A DNA stretch of 64,000 bases from Chthonomonadales bacterium (GTDB taxonomy: Bacteria; Armatimonadota; Chthonomonadetes; Chthonomonadales; CAJBBX01). How positions within the stretch are numbered: the stretch's first letter is position 1; every line of letters begins with the position of its first letter. Location: NCBI GenBank assembly GCA_049967475.1, contig JBMFSQ010000012.1, forward strand, positions 1-64,000, read 5' to 3'. Positions 28,212 to 37,118 of the stretch are shown one piece after another. The notes beneath the pieces are model-generated. The model made no database searches. It had not been told where the DNA came from and saw only the letters and a list, made by a program, of their open reading frames with translations. The translations under genes were made by a program, and so were the position numbers.

Positions 28212-30044
28212 ATGAGAACCAAGCGCGCACGAACGATGCTCACATTGGTATGGGCAATGGTGTTGGCCCCGTCGGCATGGGGACAACCCGCGCCGGCGCC
28301 TGCGTCCGGCGAATGGGTTACGGACATCTTCGTCGGGCGCAACGTGGTGGGTCCTTACCTCCTCACCTGGCGCGGCATAGATGCGGGCACCGTCACGGTG
28401 TATCGGGACGGGATGCGGCTTGTTGCAGGATTGGACTACACGCTCAACGCTGTTGCCGGCGTCATTACCTTTACTGCGCCCTTGCGCGCGAACCAGATTG
28501 TCCGCGTGGATTACCTTTGCGTGCCGGGTCGGGCATTGAAAAACACCACCGTTCCGTCCATACCTGTGGAGTTGCGGCTGCTCCAGCGCGGGGACACGTC
28601 CCTAAGCCTAAATGCCATCTATCGGCCTTCCATAGCTCCGGAAGGAGGGGCAACGGGCGGGCTGATGCTTCTCGGCCTAGGCGGGAATACACGCATCGCG
28701 GGCGGTTCCAACCTTACCACCAAGTTCTATTTGGATGCCCGCGGCGGCTCGATCCTGGAACGAAGCGGCCTCGCCATCGGCGGCACGACAAGAGCCTCCT
28801 TCGGGACCTTCTCTGCGTCACTTGTCCGGGCCGGTGAGGACTTCGTGGCAATGCCTGACGCGGGCATCATTCCCGGTCGTCAGGTGGCTCAGGCGTCCGC
28901 CATGTTCAAACCGGTGCTCGGTATCGCTGCGTCCGCCAGCTTTAGCCAGACGGTGGACCTTTCCCACGCCGGCGCAGGCGCCACGGTTACCACATGGGGC
29001 GGTCGCTTGGCAGGCGGATTGTTCGGGGGATTGCGCTTCCAAACTTCTCGCATGGTGAGCATAACCAGTGCAGCCGACGGTACCGCCGCTGCGCGCACAA
29101 CGGATCGCGTGGAGCTCAACCAGAAGATCGGCGCTTCCACCCAAGCCGCGGCCGTGATCGAGCGTAGCCAAACCGATGCGGGTAAAGACCATGCGGTGGC
29201 CCAGACTTCCACATTAAGCGTGCGCGCCCAGCCTACCGAGGCACTCGCAGTGTCGGGCACAGTCCAGAACCGGATCCTTCCTACCGGGGTTCAGGATGCC
29301 TCCGATTTGCGCCTCGACGCCCGCTTGACCCCCAGGCTCACTCTTTCGGCAACCGCGGCCGACCGCAGTTCGCCCACCATGGCGGAACATCAGCGGTCCG
29401 CCGGCCTTCAGTACACCCCGTCGAGGAATTTGAGCCTCTCCGGAGACATCTTGGTTCAATCGCGAGGGCGATCGGAGCTTCTTGCAGGCGGATTGATGGC
29501 GACGGCCCGACCGTTCCCTCAGTTCGAGTTAAGCGGCGGTGTGCGCATTCGTGATGCTTCCGTGAACGGTCTGCCGGATCCTTCGATCCCCGATACGTAC
29601 GATCTTAAGCTGGCATGGCGGGTGTGGAGAGACGCGTTGCACCTAACGGCAGGGTACGCCGACAATCCGGACGACGGGAAAGGCCAAATCCTGCGCACGC
29701 ACAATCGTTCCCTTGGCTTCGAAAGCCGTCTTGGGCACCTGGATGTGGCAGGGAATTACACGCTTCAGATTGACGACGGCGCTTCGGCCATGCGTTCGGT
29801 AAGCGATCTGAAGCTCGGATGGAGGTTCGCGCCTACCACGAGCTTGGTTACGTCCTTCCGGGAGGCGCTCACGCGCGGCACCGGCCTGGACGTGGAAGAT
29901 ACGGTGAGTATCGGCTTCGCCCATCGCATTGCGTCCGAACTGGATCTTTCGCTGAGCGGCGCTGTGACCACCTACGAGCGCGACGGCGTGTTTCAGCCCA
30001 ATCGAGATTACCGAGCCGAGGCGAAGCTCGCGCTTCGGTTCTAG
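28212..30044 (+). CDS. Hypothetical secreted protein, probable outer-membrane beta-barrel
   Basis: Signal peptide (SAWG); N-terminal LVAGLDYTLNAVAGVITFTAP module; alternating amphipathic strands; C-terminal AEAKLALRF ending in Phe. Confidence 0.6.
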   Translation: MRTKRARTMLTLVWAMVLAPSAWGQPAPAPASGEWVTDIFVGRNVVGPYLLTWRGIDAGTVTVYRDGMRLVAGLDYTLNAVAGVITFTAPLRANQIVRVDYLCVPGRALKNTTVPSIPVELRLLQRGDTSLSLNAIYRPSIAPEGGATGGLMLLGLGGNTRIAGGSNLTTKFYLDARGGSILERSGLAIGGTTRASFGTFSASLVRAGEDFVAMPDAGIIPGRQVAQASAMFKPVLGIAASASFSQTVDLSHAGAGATVTTWGGRLAGGLFGGLRFQTSRMVSITSAADGTAAARTTDRVELNQKIGASTQAAAVIERSQTDAGKDHAVAQTSTLSVRAQPTEALAVSGTVQNRILPTGVQDASDLRLDARLTPRLTLSATAADRSSPTMAEHQRSAGLQYTPSRNLSLSGDILVQSRGRSELLAGGLMATARPFPQFELSGGVRIRDASVNGLPDPSIPDTYDLKLAWRVWRDALHLTAGYADNPDDGKGQILRTHNRSLGFESRLGHLDVAGNYTLQIDDGASAMRSVSDLKLGWRFAPTTSLVTSFREALTRGTGLDVEDTVSIGFAHRIASELDLSLSGAVTTYERDGVFQPNRDYRAEAKLALRF

Positions 30045-30346
30045 GCACCCATGCGATTTCGGGCCCGCTCAAGTGCGCGGCGAATATGCGCGCGTTCCTC
30101 CCGCAGAACAGCCCAACCGCGGCGCCATACCGGTCCCAACGGGAAGCCGGGTGCGGCCGATCGGCCCGCTCTACTCCGGGATGCGTCGGCAAGGGTCGCG
30201 GCCATTCCGCGAGCGCCTTGGAAGAATCCCGTTCCATCGAGGTGGTGCATAGGCCGCGGCTCGGGCATGTGGTTTGACCTCCGTTGTTAGGCCGCTGTAG
30301 CGTGCAGAAACCAGGTTAAACGCCAGCTCCTTCATGGCACAACCCT

Positions 30347-31669
30347 ATGAGAGGGCTGGTGCTTATGCTGTGTAGGTTTGCTGCTGCTACGTGTTTGTTG
30401 ATGGGAGTTTGGGGCTGCGGGGGAGGAGGCTACGGGGGGCAGGCCGCCATCACGCCGGTTACGGTGAGCGTGGATTGGGCCGGGCGCAGCCCGTCGCCGT
30501 TATCGGCACAATCGGCGGTCATCACGATCTTTGGCGGCAGGCCCGACGGAACGGACTTCAACTGGCTGATCTCCCGGCCTCCGGGAGGCAAAAGCTCGGC
30601 CTCCTACACTTCGCCTGTTCCCTTCCGCGTGGGGACGCTTCCCATCACTGCGCGCTTCTATGACGGCCCAAACGGAGAAGGGCAACTTTGTGGAGTGTGG
30701 GCGGCCACAGTGCGCATCTATCCCGACGGCTCGGGTATCCCTGTTGTGGCACCTCAGGCCGCCGCAGGATACGTGGTACTGGCGGATGGCGTTTCGTCCG
30801 CACCCATCGCGATCAGCGCCCAAGGCTCGCCGGCTCCCAGCAATGTGGTCACTCCCTTCGCGGCGGCATGGGATCCCAACACAGTAGTGTCGTTCTTGGC
30901 GCCGGAGACGTTGGGAGATGCGGTTTTCAAGAAATGGGTGGTCAACGGCGAGGATGTGTCCGCACATCGCGCTCTGGACCTTCGGGAAACCGTCGGCGCC
31001 TATTCCGTGTCCGCGGTCTACGTGGCGCCCGAAGACCTCTTCGTCCCGAATTACGCTCGAGGCATTGATCCCCAAACGGGATCGCCGAACACGCTTTCGC
31101 ACTGGCCGGCGTTTCCCGTGCGCGTGTTGTTTGATCGTAATTCGGAACTCACTCCCCAGCGACGGCAAAACGCTACGGCAGGCATGGACTGGTGGGTACA
31201 GGCGACGGGAGGTGCGGTAACGTACGAACTCACGTCGGATGCGAACCAGGCCGACATCACCATCACCTTTGCGCATTTGGGCAACACCGGCTGGGCGGGC
31301 CGAACCGAATACGTTGTAGCCGGAGATCAAACGATGATCGCTGCCCACGTGTATTTGAATCTGGACTATCTTACGGATCCGGCCAACCTCACTCCTGCAG
31401 CAGCCCACGAATTCGGGCATGCGCTAGGCATCCGCGGGCACTCTTCGGACCCGGATGATCTCATGAGCTACAGCCCCAGAGTTTACAGCCTTCACGGGCC
31501 AAGCGAGCGGGATCTCAACACTCTCAAGACAGCGTATTGGCCTCTCTTCGCCTTCTCGAGGAGTTATGCAGAACATCCAACCAGAGGCGTCGCCCGGCGT
31601 TTGGCTGTGGAATGTCCTCTTGGTGTGGGCGGGCGTCAGTGGGCAATTCTAGGGGCCGGTACCCGTTAG
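30347..31669 (+). CDS. Matrixin/M10-like metzincin metalloprotease lipoprotein
   Basis: Lipobox-like VWGC followed by GGGG; HEFGHALGIRGHS and DLM Met-turn. Confidence 0.82.
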   Translation: MRGLVLMLCRFAAATCLLMGVWGCGGGGYGGQAAITPVTVSVDWAGRSPSPLSAQSAVITIFGGRPDGTDFNWLISRPPGGKSSASYTSPVPFRVGTLPITARFYDGPNGEGQLCGVWAATVRIYPDGSGIPVVAPQAAAGYVVLADGVSSAPIAISAQGSPAPSNVVTPFAAAWDPNTVVSFLAPETLGDAVFKKWVVNGEDVSAHRALDLRETVGAYSVSAVYVAPEDLFVPNYARGIDPQTGSPNTLSHWPAFPVRVLFDRNSELTPQRRQNATAGMDWWVQATGGAVTYELTSDANQADITITFAHLGNTGWAGRTEYVVAGDQTMIAAHVYLNLDYLTDPANLTPAAAHEFGHALGIRGHSSDPDDLMSYSPRVYSLHGPSERDLNTLKTAYWPLFAFSRSYAEHPTRGVARRLAVECPLGVGGRQWAILGAGTR

Positions 31670-32102
31670 GCGAAGCAATCCTCAAACGCTGGCCTCCGAG
31701 ATACGCATACCGCGTGCAATGACAAAAGCGGCTGGCGGATGCGGCATGTGTGATCAAGGCCGCCGGAGCGGAGCGGGCATTGCTGTACCCCTCATTGTGC
31801 GTCATGATGGGGGCGGTTTGGTCCGGATCGGCCGTGACGGATCGCACGAACACAGCCGGTTTGGGAGGACGGGGAAACCCCGCTACGGTCGCATTCTACA
31901 CAGCCGCGGGCGGTACGACGCCTGCATCTCATGGCAGAGCTCTGATGCAATGCATCGCGTTCAGCACCGATCGCGCCTGGACCTGAGTTAAGTACTCAAG
32001 GAACCCGGTTCTACCGCACATTGTAGATAAGAGTGCCTATAGCGCCTGCCGCGGATCCGCAATGACAACGCAGCTAGATGCCTTTGGAGGTCCTTGCCGA
32101 CC

Positions 32103-33416
32103 TCACACCCGCTCAGGGAAGAGCACAACGATTTCAAAGCCGCCGGGCGGAGCGGATGCCCGCAGGATCCACCGGTTGGCCTGGGCAATCGCGTGGCAGA
32201 TGGCCAGTCCCAATCCATTGCCCTCCTGAGGATCGCGCGTTCGAGGAACATGCAGGCGTGCAAAGGGCTCAAAGAGCGTGTCCACCAATCCTTCGCTCAA
32301 GGGAGCACATTGGTTGAAAATGCGTAGCTGCAATCCTGCATCACTCCGGGTTGTTTGAACCTCTATCTGCGTCCCTGGAGTGGCGTATTTCGCGGCGTTG
32401 TCCAGTAGGTTGCGCAGCAAGATCTGAAGGTGCCCAGGATAGGCGCGCACGTGCGTGTCCGAAAGGGAGGTGGCCACGGTGAGAGCCCGGGCCTGCAGTC
32501 TCGCCTCCAAACGACGGAGTTCCTCTGCGCACAGCGATGCCAAATCCGTGTCCTCTGGAGACAGGGTTTGGGCAGGGATGGTGTCCAACTGGTGCAGAAG
32601 AAGCAGATCCTGCACCAACGTCACCAAGCGGCGTGCCTGAGCGTTTGCTTCCTCCAATGCATTGCGATACTCTTCTGCGGAGCGCGTCCGCATGAGAGCC
32701 AGAGCCAAATGTCCGGATAGAGCTTGCAGCGGCGTCCGCAGTTCGTGGGATGCTGCAGCGTAGAAGCGTCCGCGCGCGTGTGCTGCTTGGGCAATCCTTC
32801 CAAGAAGGTCGTTCAAGGTCTGTACCAGTTCGGTGACCTCGGCGTCGGCGGATGGGCTTTGAAGCGCCACGTCAAGGCTGTGAACCGAAGCGTCGGCAGC
32901 CTGGCGGGCCAGTTCATGGATGGGTCTGAGCGTCCTGCCTACGACGATCCATGCCCCGGTAGTGGCAACCAAGAGAACGATACCGGCGAGCAAACCGAGC
33001 AGGGTGCCCTGGCGCCTCAATTGTTCCTCCATCGGCTGCCGGCGCATGCCTGCAACGATTGTGATGCCGCGGGATCGGGACACAGCCGTCACCCATTCCC
33101 GAGAAGAGGTCGTGGAATTGGGGACCGGGCCTCGGGTGGCCCAGAGGCGGCGGCCGCTGCCGTCCAAGATTATAAGCGCCACTCCCTCGGCGCGGATGGC
33201 TGCTTCGTCCTCCTGGATCTCGCCGATTTTCTCTCGCCCTCCGTCGCCGAGGTCGGCCTGCACGCGCAAGATAGTAGCTCGTAGGGTCCTCTGAGCGGTG
33301 CGGAGAGAGGATCGGCGCGCGTAGATCAGCAGACCGGCACATGCTACCACCATGACGGCTGCCAGCAGCAGGGCAAAAGTCCCCGTGATGCGCACACGGA
33401 TGGATCTACGCCACAT
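32103..33416 (-). CDS. Membrane sensor histidine kinase (HAMP-HisKA-HATPase)
   Basis: Two TM helices; ASHELRTPL H-box; NLLDNAAKY N-box; GNGLGLAI G2 box. Confidence 0.95.
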   Translation of the reverse strand: MWRRSIRVRITGTFALLLAAVMVVACAGLLIYARRSSLRTAQRTLRATILRVQADLGDGGREKIGEIQEDEAAIRAEGVALIILDGSGRRLWATRGPVPNSTTSSREWVTAVSRSRGITIVAGMRRQPMEEQLRRQGTLLGLLAGIVLLVATTGAWIVVGRTLRPIHELARQAADASVHSLDVALQSPSADAEVTELVQTLNDLLGRIAQAAHARGRFYAAASHELRTPLQALSGHLALALMRTRSAEEYRNALEEANAQARRLVTLVQDLLLLHQLDTIPAQTLSPEDTDLASLCAEELRRLEARLQARALTVATSLSDTHVRAYPGHLQILLRNLLDNAAKYATPGTQIEVQTTRSDAGLQLRIFNQCAPLSEGLVDTLFEPFARLHVPRTRDPQEGNGLGLAICHAIAQANRWILRASAPPGGFEIVVLFPERV

Positions 33417-34083
33417 AGTGAGCGCTCAGGATGAAGCCGATACCCCTCACCGTGTGGATGAGGCGCGGGTGGAAGCCCCGGTCAATTTTGCCGCGGAGAT
33501 AGCTGATGTACACGTCGAGCACATTGTCGCGCCCGCCAAAGTCGTATTCCCACACGTGTTGCAGGATAGTCTGGCGGGTGAGGAGCCTGCCCTTGTTGCG
33601 AAGCAGGTATTCCAGAAGGGTGAACTCGGTTGCCGAAAGGTGGATCGGCTTACCTGCTCGAACGACGACGTGCGCCGCAGGATCGAGCACCAAATCTGCC
33701 TCCTGGAGCGGTGTAGGGGAAAACGCTCCTCGCCTGAGAAGGGCTCGAACCCTGGCAAAGAGTTCTGGAAGCTGGAAGGGCTTCACAATGTAATCGTCGG
33801 CGCCGCTGTCCAACCCCTTCACCTTGTCGTCGAGGGTGTCGCGCGCCGTTATGATCAGGACGGGTGTGGCGAGGCCCTGGGCCCTTAGATGCCGGCATAC
33901 TTCAAATCCATCCATTTTCGGAAGCATCACGTCCAACAGGATCAGGTCGAACGCTCCGGTCGCTGCCCGGCTGCAGGCCTCCAAACCGTCCTCGGCGATA
34001 TCTGCGTCATACCCTGCTTCGGTGAGTGCCTGAGCGAGAAAGCGGGCAATGCTGCCGTCGTCCTCTACGATAAGCACCTTCAT
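33406..34083 (-). CDS. OmpR/PhoB family response regulator
   Basis: LIVEDD, LLDVMLP, GADDYIVKPF, winged helix VLDVYISYLRGKID...TVRGIGF. Confidence 0.96.
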   Translation of the reverse strand: MKVLIVEDDGSIARFLAQALTEAGYDADIAEDGLEACSRAATGAFDLILLDVMLPKMDGFEVCRHLRAQGLATPVLIITARDTLDDKVKGLDSGADDYIVKPFQLPELFARVRALLRRGAFSPTPLQEADLVLDPAAHVVVRAGKPIHLSATEFTLLEYLLRNKGRLLTRQTILQHVWEYDFGGRDNVLDVYISYLRGKIDRGFHPRLIHTVRGIGFILSAHYVA

Positions 34084-34479
34084 ATGGAAGATGTCCTTGA
34101 AATGGGTTGAGGCGTATATGTCGAAGGCTGGTATGCAATCGGCGGCATGCGGTGCGCCCTCCGGACACGGCGGAGCGCACGCCGACGGGCAATGCTTGGA
34201 GCCGGTTCTCTGTTGGCTGCCGCTGCATCATGGTGCCACGCCAACCCCGTTCATTGCAAGCCCTGTGGTAGCTGCACCCTAGGTATTCGCGGACGGACCC
34301 CGGCCTTGAGCCAAAACATCGCGGCTGCCGTCTTTGCTGCAGGAGCGAGCAGGCAGAGCCCGTAAGGAGGTCATCCGTGTTTCCTTTCGGGCTCCGATCC
34401 TCGCTCTCAAAGCAGCCCTTCATGCAGTCAAAAGGGCGGCAGCCATCCCCTCATGCGTGAAGCAGGGCGTTGCACTCCC

Positions 34480-34893
34480 CTAATCGCGCTCACCGTGCTC
34501 TTCGCCACCCTTGGCGCTGTGATGGTTCTTGCTGCTCTCATGGTTCTTCTGATGTTTGGCAGCCTTTTCCGCTCGGGCCTCGGCAGCTTCTTCAGCCGCA
34601 GTGGTCGTCTCGACACTCTCGATCTTGCCGGATTGAGCGTTCACCATCACTTCGCGGAGGATCTTTCCTTGCCGCACCGATACCGCGTACTCCCATTTGC
34701 CTGCTTCGTTCTCAAGCTGGACGTTTCCCACGACTTGCCCATTCACCTTCTTGAGGGCGATGGACTTGGCCTGGCTTGCCGTCACGCGTACGTGGGGTGC
34801 GTGGCGAGGCTTTTGAGCCAGCGCCATCGAACCAGGTACGGCTAAAGAGATGCCGAAGGCGGCCAGCGACAATGCGTAGCCTAGACGTGTCAT
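34480..34893 (-). CDS. Secreted PepSY domain protein with a His/Lys-rich tail
   Basis: Signal peptide from ATG 34893 (AAAGGAAG SD); VTASQAKSIALKKVNG...LENEAG..EY.V...EVMVNAQSGKI. Confidence 0.8.
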   Translation of the reverse strand: MTRLGYALSLAAFGISLAVPGSMALAQKPRHAPHVRVTASQAKSIALKKVNGQVVGNVQLENEAGKWEYAVSVRQGKILREVMVNAQSGKIESVETTTAAEEAAEARAEKAAKHQKNHESSKNHHSAKGGEEHGERD

Positions 34894-34961
34894 GAACTTG
34901 CTTCCTTTCTGTGAGTGGACGCCCCCAGTTGAGAGGGTGCGCCGCGGTGTCCGCACATGCA

Positions 34962-35016
34962 AGTATACGGCTACGAAATGGCCCCAAGGGAAAGATCTCT
35001 CTGAGAATTTGGTAAG
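34962..35016 (-). promoter_or_regulatory. Candidate -10 (TATACT) with three 11-bp-phased direct-repeat boxes (OmpR-family site)
   Basis: Minus strand CTTAC-N6-CTCAG-N6-CTTTC (35016-34990) abutting the -35 position of TATACT (34967-34962). Confidence 0.4.
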
Positions 35017-35101
35017 AGGCGCTGGAAGTGCACGAAGGAATTCGCGTGCATCGCACAAAACCAAGTGGACGGTGGCGCTTCACACACAGGAGGTGAGGGA
35101 A

Positions 35102-37024
35102 GTGGTTCTTGCGTGCATCTTTGCTCTTATGTTCGCTCACGACGCTCCCAGCAATTTGGCTGCGAACCCAAGTTTCGAGCTCCTCGATGCCGCGGGGCTC
35201 CCTGAGGGATGGAGCGGCTGGAACGATGTGTGGCAGCCCGACGCCAAGGTCCATGCTTCCGGAGAGCGGTGCGCCCGGTATCGGAACATGGATGCGTCCA
35301 GATACGTACTCTTATCCCAACGCATCCACGCGCGGGCAGGCAAGCGGTATCGGTTCTCGGCCCGCATCAAAACGGAAGGGATCGAGGGTCCCGACACCGG
35401 TGCCACGATCTGCATGGAATGGTCGGACCAATCAGGCCGCTATCTGGGCGGCAGTTATCCTGAAGGCGTCAAAGGGACGCTGGACTGGACTACGGTGGGC
35501 GACATGACCCCTCGCGTGCCGCAGAATGCCGCCGTTGTAAGCGTGTCCGTATACGTGCGAAAGGGCATGACCGGAACGGCATGGTTCGATGACGTGCAGG
35601 TTTCAGAAGTGCCTGATCCGCCCTTTGAAGGAAGCATCGTGATCCCCGGATATCGAGGTGTCGTTGCCGGCCAAAAGACGGAGCCGGTGCGCATCCGCGG
35701 CTGGATCGGCGACGCGCCGGGCGAGCCGCTTGCAGATCATCGTCTCGTGGCAGAGGTCCTTCCGGAGGGCCGGAACCGCGCTGTCGTGCAGAGGGAGATC
35801 TCATCGCCCCAGGTCCAGCACGCGTGTCTGACTGTGCCGATAGATGGGTTGAAGGACGGATCCTACAGGGTCCGACTGCGCGTTTTCGTAGGCAGCCGGG
35901 TAGTCCTAGAGCGTTCCGCAGCTCTGGTGCGGACACGCGATGTGCCCAAGACACGCGTTGCATTCTTGAGTGATGGAAGCGCTATCATTGACGGCCGGCC
36001 CTTCTTTCCGTTGGGGGTGTACGAAAGCATCAGTCCCGCTAAGCCGGAATGCAAGGAGCGCCTTCGGAAGATTGCAGCCGCGGGATTCAACTGCGTCATG
36101 AACTACGCCATCAACCAGGGCGCAACACTATCCCAGATCAAGGGCTATTTGGATGAAGCCCACCGGTTGGGGCTGCGCATCATCTATTCCATCAAAGATC
36201 TTTACCCGGGCTCTCAGTATGAGCTCAAGGAAGTCGCCGGGTGGAAGGGGCAGGAAGAGATCACGCGCAATTTGGTGGAAGCCCTGCGCGGACATCCGGC
36301 GCTTCTTGCATGGTACGTGAACGATGAACTCTCGGTCGCGTGGCATCCCATGCTGGAAGCCCACTATCGGCGTGTGCGCACGCTGGACCCGGACCACCCC
36401 GAATGGATCGCTCTCTATCAGGTGGATGAGCTGGACGCCTATACGGACACGACGGATGTGATGGGTGTAGATCCCTATCCGATCCCGGACCAGCCCATAT
36501 CCCGCGTTGCGGAATGGACCGACAAGGCGGTTGCCACGGGCATGCCGGTGTGGGTCATCCCCCAGATCTTCGACTGGAGCCAATATCGAAGGGACGCGAC
36601 TGCGGCGCCGCCTACGTACGAGGAGATGAGGAATATGATGTGGCAGGCGCTGACCCATGGCGCCAACGGACTCATCTGCTACAGCTACTTCGATATCGAG
36701 CGAGGGAAGAACTCTGAGCAGCGATGGGCGGATGTGACGCGCCTCGCAAAAGAGCTGAACCGCTGTGCGCCATGGTTCCTGGCGGGCGGCCGGGCTCAGC
36801 TCACCCAAATAGGCGATGTGTCTGCGGGCCTTTGGCGCCGGGACAAAAGGGCGCTGTTGGCCATCGTGAACCTCGCAAGGCATAAAGCCTCGATCTCCCT
36901 TCCGTTCCCGAAGGGATTTCGAAGCGCTGCGTCCTTGGATGGCTCAGCAGCTCCAACTCTGGGAGGAGGCGTGCTTGCTGTAGACTTGGACCCCCTTGAG
37001 GTGCGCCTCTACGAGCTTGAATAG
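35102..37024 (+). CDS. Secreted CBM4/9-like domain plus unclassified glycoside hydrolase TIM barrel
   Basis: GTG 35102 after AGGAGG; NLAANPSFE...GTAWFDDV CBM; GRPFFPLGVY, AWYVNDE, GVDPYP, WVIPQ. Confidence 0.7.
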   Translation: MVLACIFALMFAHDAPSNLAANPSFELLDAAGLPEGWSGWNDVWQPDAKVHASGERCARYRNMDASRYVLLSQRIHARAGKRYRFSARIKTEGIEGPDTGATICMEWSDQSGRYLGGSYPEGVKGTLDWTTVGDMTPRVPQNAAVVSVSVYVRKGMTGTAWFDDVQVSEVPDPPFEGSIVIPGYRGVVAGQKTEPVRIRGWIGDAPGEPLADHRLVAEVLPEGRNRAVVQREISSPQVQHACLTVPIDGLKDGSYRVRLRVFVGSRVVLERSAALVRTRDVPKTRVAFLSDGSAIIDGRPFFPLGVYESISPAKPECKERLRKIAAAGFNCVMNYAINQGATLSQIKGYLDEAHRLGLRIIYSIKDLYPGSQYELKEVAGWKGQEEITRNLVEALRGHPALLAWYVNDELSVAWHPMLEAHYRRVRTLDPDHPEWIALYQVDELDAYTDTTDVMGVDPYPIPDQPISRVAEWTDKAVATGMPVWVIPQIFDWSQYRRDATAAPPTYEEMRNMMWQALTHGANGLICYSYFDIERGKNSEQRWADVTRLAKELNRCAPWFLAGGRAQLTQIGDVSAGLWRRDKRALLAIVNLARHKASISLPFPKGFRSAASLDGSAAPTLGGGVLAVDLDPLEVRLYELE

Positions 37025-37118
37025 GCGCGCTTCCGGGCCGCGCCAAAACTAGCCATGGTTCGCCAACCTGGGTTGCCTGTTGCGAACCGCGGGCACGAAG
37101 CCGTCATGGGCGAACGCC

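Noticed and set aside
37024..37049. GGCGCG/CGCGCC hairpin between convergent GH genes as a terminator
   Set aside because: No U-tract downstream on either strand
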